A stretch of 58,073 bases of DNA from a phage: sequence record PZ445420.1; one strand, given 5' to 3'. The notes under the pieces were generated by a model. It was given only the letters and a program-made list of their open reading frames with translations, was not told where the DNA came from and searched no databases. The position numbers and the translations under genes were made by a program. Below are positions 47,834-55,824 of the stretch, in pieces (the first letter of the stretch is position 1; the number at the start of each line of letters is the position of its first letter).

Positions 47834-48049
47834 TTATTGCTCCATAGCTTGTTTGATCAATGCGTCATGGATAAGTTTCGCAGTAGACGCGTTCCACAGT
47901 TGTTCATCTGTCTGAACTTCCTGGTTCCATTGCTTATCAAATAATCCTTCTTCATACGCGTCTTTAATACGCTTGCATAAAGTAAGGATGTCGGTCTGAA
48001 GAATATCAATTTCTTCTTGAGTTAACGGAGTCTGGCGTTCTTTACTCAT
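47834..48049 (-). CDS. hypothetical protein (internal start of ORF 47834..48157)
   Basis: 72 aa from MSKERQ start avoids overlap with upstream gene. Confidence 0.3.
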   Translation of the reverse strand: MSKERQTPLTQEEIDILQTDILTLCKRIKDAYEEGLFDKQWNQEVQTDEQLWNASTAKLIHDALIKQAMEQ

Positions 48050-48428
48050 CCTTATCACCTTCTTTATTCTGTTGACCACATTGAGGCTTCCATTCTCCGA
48101 GGAATTCGCGCTTATAGTCGCCTTTGCGCATACGCTCGAACCATTCAGTGTGGTCATGAGGATTGTCGCTTACTTTATAGTCTATATTAACACACGTTTC
48201 TTTGAAGTCCATGCCTTCAAGATCTACGTTATAGCAGATGTCGATTTCAATACCTGGCTCGGTCAATACCCAAAAACCATCGCCGTCGATACATTCACAC
48301 CACTGAGGTTCATTCTCGAACGCAGTTAAAGTACCGCCCTCGTCGACCGCAAGGTACTTCGCCCACACTGGAACAAAGAACACTTCACCGAAGTATCGCA
48401 CAGCCTTCTGAGTAAGATTAATTTGCAT
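48042..48428 (-). CDS. hypothetical protein (internal start of ORF 48042..48461)
   Basis: 128 aa. Confidence 0.35.
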   Translation of the reverse strand: MQINLTQKAVRYFGEVFFVPVWAKYLAVDEGGTLTAFENEPQWCECIDGDGFWVLTEPGIEIDICYNVDLEGMDFKETCVNIDYKVSDNPHDHTEWFERMRKGDYKREFLGEWKPQCGQQNKEGDKDE

Positions 48429-48771
48429 CTTCACCTCCCGATACCAGTTCCAAAGTCTCACGAAGTAGACGCTCGAGCTTCGATTTATTTTTGATAAGCT
48501 GATATTGCCGATCCACTACAAGCGCCTTCTGACGGTTACGCATAAGGTATTCGAACGCACTTTGAATATCTTCGACTTTACCTTCGTAGCCTAAAGCCTT
48601 CGCAACGTGCGACATACGATGCAGCAAGAAGTTCGTCGAGTCCATAACGTCCATCGCATTGACAATAGCGTCAAGTAAATCCGGATTTGTATTCGGGTCC
48701 AGCTGTTTAGCCTGTTCAAGAAGACGCACCTTTGCTTTATATAAAGACGAATTGCTTATTGTTTGCATCAC
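48418..48771 (-). CDS. hypothetical protein
   Basis: 117-aa ORF. Confidence 0.35.
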   Translation of the reverse strand: MMQTISNSSLYKAKVRLLEQAKQLDPNTNPDLLDAIVNAMDVMDSTNFLLHRMSHVAKALGYEGKVEDIQSAFEYLMRNRQKALVVDRQYQLIKNKSKLERLLRETLELVSGGEDAN

Positions 48772-49037
48772 TTCCTCCAGATATCACGCGATTCTTTAAT
48801 ACGGATATTGTACCGTATAAGTTGTTGCGTAATTTTATGCAGGTCATCGAGATGCTTCCTTAAACGAAGCCGTTTCTTGATAGCCCACAAGTTCTTCATA
48901 TTCGTTTCTTTGAGCTCCTCCCTTAAATACAATGAAAAGTCAGTCTGGTGATCCAAGATAAATTGAATACGCATCAAAGTATCCGACTCACGATAATCTG
49001 GATACCACTTAGGAAGCAGATCTTGTTTGTCAATCAT
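48768..49037 (-). CDS. hypothetical protein (internal start of ORF 48768..49262)
   Basis: 89 aa from MIDKQ start. Confidence 0.3.
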   Translation of the reverse strand: MIDKQDLLPKWYPDYRESDTLMRIQFILDHQTDFSLYLREELKETNMKNLWAIKKRLRLRKHLDDLHKITQQLIRYNIRIKESRDIWRK

Positions 49038-49038
49038 C

Positions 49039-49659
49039 TCACGCTCCGAACTGATCAATGTATTCAATGAGTTCTTGCAATTCTTGCTGTAATTGCACAT
49101 TACCACTATTATTCGTCTGAAGTCTAACGAGGCGTTCCTTGATATGTGTAATGTGGTTAGCACCCACTCGACGCTTCTGTACATCACACCAGTGAACAAC
49201 ACCATCTTCAATATATGCACGACGCGCTTTACCACGCGGGTATCGCAACGGCCGAACTTCACACTTATCGTCCACCCACTTAAAGCCCAGGATCATAACA
49301 GCGTTACCTTCCGTATCAGGACACACGTCAAAACAACTGTTGAACCCTTTACTGCGCATGTACTTGTCGAGCGGAATCACACAATCCACCTCTAACAACC
49401 AGTACCCGAAGTAAATGTCAACAGTGAACATCATCCCCAGCATCGGAGCCGACCAGCACATATACATCCGCCCGTCATCCAACTTCTTGACCGCATTCGG
49501 CCGCAACACGAGGCCAGCCGCCTTCCACGCTTTGACCACATTACTTAGGCTGTCGTTATGCTGTTCTAATATGGCTACCGCTTTGGCGTACATTTCTTCG
49601 TCATAATCGAACATTTCCTGTACGTGTGCGTGCGTTATTTCAATATTACGATTCCGCAT
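49039..49659 (-). CDS. hypothetical protein, first gene of leftward block after non-coding region
   Basis: 206-aa ORF. Confidence 0.4.
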   Translation of the reverse strand: MRNRNIEITHAHVQEMFDYDEEMYAKAVAILEQHNDSLSNVVKAWKAAGLVLRPNAVKKLDDGRMYMCWSAPMLGMMFTVDIYFGYWLLEVDCVIPLDKYMRSKGFNSCFDVCPDTEGNAVMILGFKWVDDKCEVRPLRYPRGKARRAYIEDGVVHWCDVQKRRVGANHITHIKERLVRLQTNNSGNVQLQQELQELIEYIDQFGA

Positions 49660-49827
49660 AACCTCACCCTCGATAATAATAAATCGACTGATTTTGAAAT
49701 TCAGTTGCCAAGTTTTAATTTATGCGAAGTTTTTGCTATTTGCAATTGTGACATTTTGCGGTGTTTGTATGTGCAATGTTTTTGCTTTTGCAAAAATTAC
49801 AGCAGTCTGAAGGTGAGAAATTGTACA

Positions 49828-49966
49828 TTTATAAAGATCGGTGAAAAAATGCACAATTTATAAAGGCCCCGTAATACATAAAACGGCGAAGCGAAGTGTA
49901 TGAAAAATAAGGGAAAATTTTGAGGGTTTGGGGGAACGTGTGAATTTATAAATTTTATAAAGGGGT
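49828..49966. repeat. four copies of TTTATAAA(G) in AT-rich non-coding region
   Basis: TTTATAAAG at 49828, 49857 and 49955 plus TTTATAAA at 49945; adjacent GGGGTC x2 and CA-rich tract. Confidence 0.6.
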
Positions 49967-50611
49967 CTCGTAGGGGTCGTCAGTAGACAACTCAAAAACA
50001 AAAAATCTTTATACAATTTATATAAATACACACATACACACATTTTTTACCTTATTTTTCATGCACTTACCTCCTTTCATTTCGTATATTAAGCGTTAAT
50101 ACATGAGCAATATAACATATATTTGTTGCGCAACGACTGTGTGTTTTCTAACCAATCGAAAGATTGCTTTATATACGTCCGCGCGTCTAACACAAAAGAA
50201 AAGTAGATTGCAAGCGATTTTTGCTGAGGTAACTCTCGAAGTGAAAGCGATTTGCGAGTTTGAAATTTTGTAGCCCGAAAACGATTCTATTTTATGGTAT
50301 AAATGTCGGATTTTTCGGTGAAAGGTGGCTTTTCGGTGAGGTTGGGTGGCTGGGATCGGGGTAACGGGTAGCCCATAAAGCGAAAATAGCCGCGAAAACG
50401 GGGCACGCAGCGCGATTAAACGGTTGGATCGGTGCAAGGGTGGCGGTGAGGGGCGAAAATGCCGCAAAATCGCGTACAGGGAAGCAGGGAGCGGATCGCT
50501 GTAAGGGCGTATAAGGCGACTGAATTGGAGTCAATGGTAATGTACGGAAGAGGGATTCAGGTTCTTAGAGCGCGAATGGTGGAGTTACGGGTGAGGAATA
50601 TGTGGTCAGCA

Positions 50612-50635
50612 GGGTGGGGCGGGAGGTGGTGCGGG
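50612..50635 (+). other. G-quadruplex-capable motif (GGG-T-GGGG-C-GGG-N9-GGG) in purine-rich non-coding tract
   Basis: Direct reading; the + strand between about 50280 and 50640 is strongly G/A-rich. Confidence 0.3.
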
Positions 50636-50648
50636 TACAAAAACGAAA

Positions 50649-50675
50649 GCGCCCCGTTGGACTTCAACAGGGCGC
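50649..50675 (-). terminator. rho-independent terminator downstream of gene 50699..50956
   Basis: GCGCCC/GGGCGC stem with 15-nt loop; on minus strand followed by TTTCGTTTTTG. Confidence 0.45.
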
Positions 50676-50698
50676 GGATTGTAAAATGGTTTTAGAAG

Positions 50699-50956
50699 TT
50701 ATTTACAAGTTAATAATACCGCCCAGGTATTATCTGGAAGCGTACCAATTCCGCGGATTTTCAACTGGAGCGACTGGTGCTGCATGTTGTAGTTGTCTAG
50801 TAACTCCTGGGCCGCGGCAGCGGCGTTTGCTTCACTGTTGAGAGCGTAGTCGTTACTCGTTACCGCGCACATACCGAGGCCAACTGCTTTGAAGCGCAAA
50901 CCTTTGGATTGAGTCGGTGCGAGTGCTTTGACATGGATAGCTTGCATATTATTCAT
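50699..50956 (-). CDS. hypothetical protein
   Basis: 85-aa ORF. Confidence 0.35.
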   Translation of the reverse strand: MNNMQAIHVKALAPTQSKGLRFKAVGLGMCAVTSNDYALNSEANAAAAAQELLDNYNMQHQSLQLKIRGIGTLPDNTWAVLLTCK

Positions 50957-50976
50957 CTCCGTTACAATTTGAAAGG

Positions 50977-51234
50977 TTAGCAGTTTTTTAACAGGTTGAT
51001 GAAGCCCACCAGCGTGGACGCTGTTGCAACAAGGCGGCCCATAGTGTGTAGTTCCGCGTGAACTTTACCGTCGTCAAATACAGTTAAATAAACGTTAAGA
51101 CCATTGCAACGGACGCGATATTTGCGCGAGTTATTATTGAAAGTTTCTAATTCCGCAGTGATAGTCGCAAGGTTGGCTATACGTTTTCCAATAATGCGGC
51201 GAGTGATAGTGGACTGGTTTAATACTGTAGACAT
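50977..51234 (-). CDS. hypothetical protein, RIIGKR-motif family (paralog of 52137..52442)
   Basis: 85 aa; shares S-x-S-x-IT-[RK]-RIIGKR segment. Confidence 0.4.
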   Translation of the reverse strand: MSTVLNQSTITRRIIGKRIANLATITAELETFNNNSRKYRVRCNGLNVYLTVFDDGKVHAELHTMGRLVATASTLVGFINLLKNC

Positions 51235-51256
51235 AATAATTTCCTCAGTTAACTAT

Positions 51257-51295
51257 GCGGATTGCATATTATTGCCCACTGTTACTATGGGCAAT
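51257..51295. promoter_or_regulatory. conserved motif GCGGATTGC plus palindrome ATTGCCCA-N9-TGGGCAAT upstream of minus-strand gene
   Basis: Same architecture recurs at 52086-52120. Confidence 0.4.
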
Positions 51296-51316
51296 GTATA
51301 TGTCACTCAGCGATAA

Positions 51317-51535
51317 TTACTCCGGTAAAATTACAGTGACGTTAATATTTGCAATGCGAGCGCACTCGCGGAAACCTTTTACATAAGCATCCATTTCGTC
51401 ATAGGATGCGAATGTCACGTCCGGGACTGGTCCGTTGTTAATATTCACGCAATATTCGTGTTCATCCAGGTCAACCCAGCAATTCAGAACGATAGTTTCC
51501 ATATTATTTGCCCTCCGTATAATACAGACCCGCAA
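51317..51535 (-). CDS. hypothetical protein
   Basis: 72-aa ORF. Confidence 0.35.
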   Translation of the reverse strand: MRVCIIRRANNMETIVLNCWVDLDEHEYCVNINNGPVPDVTFASYDEMDAYVKGFRECARIANINVTVILPE

Positions 51536-51580
51536 CTATTGGAGCTCCGAACACCAAGAAAGCTAATAAATAGAACATAA

Positions 51581-52060
51581 TTAGTTACCACCTTTATTGT
51601 TGAGCCCGTTGAATTTACGCCATGCGTAGAATTCAATCGTTGCATTATTAATATTCCAACCATTAGCTTTCGCAAGGTCACGGACGTTACCAATAGTTGG
51701 CACACTATTAGGCAACATATTATCCAGGGCATTCCAAACGTCTGCGCATTTACCTTTAATTGGGCGGCGGACCCCGTTGCGCGTTTCGCTGCGCGTTTTA
51801 CCTTTGACGGGAGCGACCGGAGCTGGTTGTGTGGTCACTTCCACGACAGTCGCTTTATCAGCTTCAACCAGATCGTTAGCTGCCTTATTAACTGCGCTTT
51901 CGCTGAACCAGTAGCGGCCACCGTCTTCCAGCGGCTCCTGGTGAATAAAGCTATTTGCTGTCGCTGTGTCTACATCCAGAACCTTTTTCAAGGCACGGCG
52001 AGCGTTAGACATATTGGTGAAAAAGCGAGCATCTTTTGCTACGCGAGTGATAGTAACCAT
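51581..52060 (-). CDS. hypothetical protein (start at second ATG; GGAGA 7 nt upstream)
   Basis: about 159 aa; ORF track gives 51581..52075. Confidence 0.4.
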   Translation of the reverse strand: MVTITRVAKDARFFTNMSNARRALKKVLDVDTATANSFIHQEPLEDGGRYWFSESAVNKAANDLVEADKATVVEVTTQPAPVAPVKGKTRSETRNGVRRPIKGKCADVWNALDNMLPNSVPTIGNVRDLAKANGWNINNATIEFYAWRKFNGLNNKGGN

Positions 52061-52085
52061 TGTGAATATCTCCATGTTGTTCTAG

Positions 52086-52120
52086 CGGATTGCTAGTGGG
52101 AGCCCACTGTGACAATGGGC
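52086..52120. promoter_or_regulatory. second copy of GCGGATTGC plus GCCCA-N9-TGGGC palindrome
   Basis: GCGGATTGC 52086-52094; GCCCACTGTGACAATGGGC 52102-52120; overlapping AGTGGG/CCCACT hairpin. Confidence 0.4.
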
Positions 52121-52136
52121 AACCATTAGCACGCTA

Positions 52137-52442
52137 TTATTGTTGAATAGCTTTAGCTATCATTGTAATGAAGCAGAACACAGACCAAAGGCTATTCGCT
52201 TGGCATACTGGGCGACCATACATTACGCTATAAGAGCTGACATTGCCGTCCTCGTTAATGCGAATATATAACGCGGTGCTGGAATATTTTTCGTTGCCCG
52301 GGAGCATTACCAGATACTCGTCGAAATCCCAATCCCCGTCAACTTTTTCCGCAGTAAGGCCCAGTTGGTGCAGGCGCTTGCCAATAATGCGCTTAGTAAT
52401 TTGAGATTGGGACATGGAACGCGGTAAGTAGATAATGGACAT
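52137..52442 (-). CDS. hypothetical protein, RIIGKR-motif family (paralog of 50977..51234)
   Basis: 101 aa from internal ATG (MSIIYLP) with GGAGA RBS; ORF track extends to 52559. Confidence 0.4.
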   Translation of the reverse strand: MSIIYLPRSMSQSQITKRIIGKRLHQLGLTAEKVDGDWDFDEYLVMLPGNEKYSSTALYIRINEDGNVSSYSVMYGRPVCQANSLWSVFCFITMIAKAIQQ

Positions 52443-52630
52443 AATGCAATCTCCCTTCGGGTGAGGCGGGCGCGGAACCCGTGTCCCGCTTAAAAACCCC
52501 CTTAACCCTACGCAGTTATAGTATGACAACAGGGTATCAGATGCAACTATTATCTGCATTATTTTAGAACTTTTTTAGTTGTGTTTCATAATAATAACAT
52601 CCGGGACTATACGGTAGATGGTGTGCCGGA

Positions 52631-52696
52631 AATACCAGGTAGCGCGAGCGTGCTGAAAATACCAGGTAACAGCACGCGCCGAACATACCAGGTAGC
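52631..52696. repeat. three direct repeats ATACCAGGTA(A/G)C spaced 26-28 bp
   Basis: Copies at about 52631, 52659, 52685 in non-coding region. Confidence 0.6.
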
Positions 52697-52825
52697 ACAT
52701 ACATAGACAGCACATAGTGGGCAGGTGGATAGTAACAGATGCAATTATACTGGACAGTACAGTATAGTCATGTAATAGATAGCACACTAATCAAATAAAA
52801 AATAATAACGCGTGTAACAATAAAC

Positions 52826-52900
52826 AACGTTATAGTAGAGCGCGCAACAGTCACATGACGTAACAATCACCTCACTGACGATCACGGGACGTTATAGTAA
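52826..52900. repeat. two direct repeats ACGTTATAGTA about 61 bp apart
   Basis: Direct reading of non-coding region. Confidence 0.45.
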
Positions 52901-53047
52901 CGCCGCGGGGCGGCTCTTAGATCTCTGCCAAGGATTCATCGTTTGTAGATTATCTCGTCACTAGACACTTTATATCCTCACCTCACCTGTCCTATATTGT
53001 TCGTATAAAGTTAATTCCGTATGTAAATACTCGAGAGGAGATCTGTT

Positions 53048-53335
53048 ATGTTCGTTCTGGCTTTCAGTAGTGCAATATGGCTAGGTATCAACTGGATCCT
53101 TGCAATTATATTAGGTCTTGTGATCTGGTATGTACCGTTCATGCGTTACGCTGTTATCATTTCGCTTGTATATTTAGTTGTTAAACATTTCTTCGTATGG
53201 TGTGTATGCAATCCACAAGCTGCAAACATCAAACGTAACAAAGCAAACTTCTTTAGTGTACTTATTTTAGGTTCACTAATTGTGTACGCATGGCTGCTCG
53301 GTGCGGAGAACTTAGGCTGGTTCACGTTGCCTTAA
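53048..53335 (+). CDS. small integral membrane protein (three predicted TM segments)
   Basis: 95 aa, very hydrophobic; GAGGAG RBS; first gene of rightward block. Confidence 0.45.
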   Translation: MFVLAFSSAIWLGINWILAIILGLVIWYVPFMRYAVIISLVYLVVKHFFVWCVCNPQAANIKRNKANFFSVLILGSLIVYAWLLGAENLGWFTLP

Positions 53336-53420
53336 TGTGGTCACTATTTGTTGCGGCCGGCTATGTTAATCAACTTGCGTATCCTGTTATAGTTATTCCG
53401 TTAACGTTAAAGGGGTCTAT

Positions 53421-53786
53421 ATGAACGAGAATATAGTTAAAGCCTGGTCTATGCTGAGGCCACAGTTGAAAGACGATCGCATCGCTTTTACTTTGTGCCC
53501 GAATAATGATTATCGCCGACAGCTCGAAGAAGTGTTGCGCGAAGATCCTGAATTCGTTCGCTGTGTGCAACTGTCGCGCGAGTCATCTGTGGTGCAGTTT
53601 GATCGTTTCCATCTTCGTTTGGTTGCTCATCGCAGAGACTCGTATGAAGACACTGTTATTCGTACGAGCGGCTTTCATTGTGATATTGCCATTCTTGACT
53701 GCGAATTAAGTATTGAGCAGAAACAGGACTTATATAATCTCGCTCGTGAACGTCATGGTGAACTATTAATTGTGGAAGTGCAATAA
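53421..53786 (+). CDS. hypothetical protein
   Basis: 121-aa ORF. Confidence 0.4.
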   Translation: MNENIVKAWSMLRPQLKDDRIAFTLCPNNDYRRQLEEVLREDPEFVRCVQLSRESSVVQFDRFHLRLVAHRRDSYEDTVIRTSGFHCDIAILDCELSIEQKQDLYNLARERHGELLIVEVQ

Positions 53787-54124
53787 TGGCTAAAGATATC
53801 GTTATTCCGAAAATGTATTGCCAGCTTCGTGATACTTTATTACAAAGCGGTTGGATTATTAGTCATAGTGACGTGAATGACACATATCTTGTTCTTATAC
53901 CACCTGACGGGACGATATCCTGCATCCTGCATTATATGCCCGAAGCGACGACGGTTTATCCGAACGGGTCGTTCTTACTTCGTTTACGCTCCGATACATG
54001 GAAGATCCAGACGGATACCTGTGCAATTGACGAGAATACCAGTAAAGAATTTATTCGCAAGCTGACTCAGCTGAATAAAATCTATGAGCATGTTAAATTT
54101 GATTTGTTTAAGGAAGTCTTCTAA
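53786..54124 (+). CDS. hypothetical protein
   Basis: 112-aa ORF, ATG overlapping upstream stop. Confidence 0.4.
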   Translation: MAKDIVIPKMYCQLRDTLLQSGWIISHSDVNDTYLVLIPPDGTISCILHYMPEATTVYPNGSFLLRLRSDTWKIQTDTCAIDENTSKEFIRKLTQLNKIYEHVKFDLFKEVF

Positions 54125-54564
54125 TGCTTACTATGAAAGATCCAATTAACCACATCACTCAACCAAATATCATGGCTTGTATTCCGACATGTCTGGCTAT
54201 GTTGACAAGTAAAGATCCTGTTGACGTAGATAGAGAGTTTACTCCTCTTTACAATGAATGTTTACTGGATGTCGCCAGTTATCTATACCGTTACAATATC
54301 TTTGCTCAACCTCACCTGACTGCTGGTATTCATCAAATCCGACCTGGGCGCTTGTATCTTGCGACTGTACCCTCTTTGCAGTTACCTGGACTTTTCCATC
54401 AGATCATTATTGACGCTCGCTTCGGTGATGTTAAGGTATACGACCCATGTAAAGGTCTGCAAGGGAAACAATACTATTCCTATGACCACGTTGCAGAGGG
54501 TAACGATCTGGCGTATCCTCTGCGGTCTTTCCTGATTGATTACGAAATTATATTGCCGGGGTGA
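54124..54564 (+). CDS. hypothetical protein with conserved-looking Cys/His/Asp (possible cysteine peptidase-like)
   Basis: 146 aa; NIMACIPTCLAML ... FHQIIIDARF; assignment speculative. Confidence 0.3.
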   Translation: MLTMKDPINHITQPNIMACIPTCLAMLTSKDPVDVDREFTPLYNECLLDVASYLYRYNIFAQPHLTAGIHQIRPGRLYLATVPSLQLPGLFHQIIIDARFGDVKVYDPCKGLQGKQYYSYDHVAEGNDLAYPLRSFLIDYEIILPG

Positions 54565-54567
54565 TTT

Positions 54568-54921
54568 ATGGGCTTGCAACGTTTTGACAATGCAGAACTC
54601 GCGTGTGAATTTGCAAAGCGCAAGTTTGCTAAAACAGGTACGCCGCGATGCGTACACGCGGCTATTGGGCAAAATGGGGCAAAGTATTGGTACGTTGGTA
54701 CAGTAGCTCAGATCAAGCGAAGATTCGCGACTACGCCCGAAATGCGCCGGCTTGGGTCCCCTACACTTGTGCGAAACAGGCAATTGGATAAAGAGGAAAT
54801 TTATCAATTTCTTAGGAATTACACTGGTAAAGAGAATAGATTTCAGGTTGCAGCGAAAGAGTTTAATATCGGTCTTTCCACTGCTTATAAAATTTATCAC
54901 ATATATGGGCGTTTAATATGA
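54568..54921 (+). CDS. hypothetical protein
   Basis: 117-aa ORF; overlaps next gene. Confidence 0.4.
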   Translation: MGLQRFDNAELACEFAKRKFAKTGTPRCVHAAIGQNGAKYWYVGTVAQIKRRFATTPEMRRLGSPTLVRNRQLDKEEIYQFLRNYTGKENRFQVAAKEFNIGLSTAYKIYHIYGRLI

Positions 54922-55412
54922 CCGCAATTGCTTATCGTAATGGTATATTGGCAGTAGATCGTCAGGTTACATGGGGTAATATTGCAACAACTACGAATAA
55001 AGTTCATACTGTTGATATCCCAGGAATTGGACTGTGCCTTGTTGCAATGTCTGGTAAACTACGTCCTGTAGATGATATTGTAGAACATCTAAAAACTACC
55101 TCGCGAGGACGTAAAGAGCCTTTCTCTGATTTAATTCCGGATTCACGTTATGGTATTGCGGTGACGCAGGAACGTGTCGTGTATCCCATCTACGGCGATG
55201 GTAAATTGGGTCTACCAGACACTAATGAATTTATTGCGGAAGGTAGCGCGTTTGAGTTCTTGATGGGTACAATGGCGGCAGGTTGCGGAGCAGAAGAGGC
55301 TGTAAGATTGGCCTGTCATTACTGCGATAGCTGTGGTCAGGGTGTTGACTTCTATGACGTAGCTTATACTCTTAAGATGGCTCAGTGTACAGACGAGGAG
55401 GAACCATTTTGA
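54918..55412 (+). CDS. HslV-like / proteasome beta-type Ntn-hydrolase peptidase homolog
   Basis: 164 aa; N-terminus MTAIAYRNGILAVDRQVTWGN...NK parallels E. coli HslV [25 protein letters not shown]...KK (Thr after Met, D-x-Q-x-T-x-GN, Lys about 30); later IAEGSA parallels IAIGSG. Confidence 0.55.
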   Translation: MTAIAYRNGILAVDRQVTWGNIATTTNKVHTVDIPGIGLCLVAMSGKLRPVDDIVEHLKTTSRGRKEPFSDLIPDSRYGIAVTQERVVYPIYGDGKLGLPDTNEFIAEGSAFEFLMGTMAAGCGAEEAVRLACHYCDSCGQGVDFYDVAYTLKMAQCTDEEEPF

Positions 55413-55600
55413 AGAAGCCTAAGACTGGTCTGTTCCTTTGTATTGGTGGACCTTTTGACGGTAAGCGTATACGCTTAACAACATCGGATCTATATCCAAG
55501 TTCCTCCGTTTTCTCTGTTCCATCCTATAAAAATGGTGAGAAGGGGAAATACGTTTGGAATGATGAAATTCGAAATAGTGTAATCTGGAGAACATCATGA
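55409..55600 (+). CDS. hypothetical protein (TTG start 7 nt after GAGGAGG; ORF track gives 55385..55600)
   Basis: about 63 aa; start overlaps stop of HslV-like gene. Confidence 0.3.
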   Translation: MKKPKTGLFLCIGGPFDGKRIRLTTSDLYPSSSVFSVPSYKNGEKGKYVWNDEIRNSVIWRTS

Positions 55601-55824
55601 GTGATCCTTCTGACGCACAATTAGCGGCTGCAAGAGTGTATATGCGCGGAGCTGCCGCTGAGATTGAGGCCTTGCCACAATTCGAGAAGCACGTACAGCA
55701 ACTTGAAGATAAATTCAAGGCTCTTAAAGACTTAGGGGATAACAAGGACGCCATAGCATTTCTTTTTGCTCTTCAATACTTTGTCATGGGGTCTGATGAG
55801 AAACTATGTTCCTTAGAAGAATAA
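55597..55824 (+). CDS. hypothetical protein
   Basis: 75-aa ORF. Confidence 0.35.
   Translation: MSDPSDAQLAAARVYMRGAAAEIEALPQFEKHVQQLEDKFKALKDLGDNKDAIAFLFALQYFVMGSDEKLCSLEE

Noticed and set aside
50096-50841. ORFs 50096..50467(-), 50292..50534(-), 50459..50695(+), 50602..50841(+) in the non-coding region
   Set aside because: They mutually overlap, lack RBS, and encode Pro/Ser/Arg- or Gly/Arg-rich products typical of biased non-coding DNA; treated as non-coding.
52631-52696. Possible CRISPR array
   Set aside because: Only three short (about 12 bp) repeats with 26-28 bp spacing and no cas genes; inconsistent with CRISPR repeat-spacer architecture.
52575-52787. Minus-strand 70-aa ORF over the direct-repeat region
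   Set aside because: Its product merely reflects the ATACCAGGTA repeats (repeated TWYF…), with no start context; the region is better explained as a regulatory repeat array.
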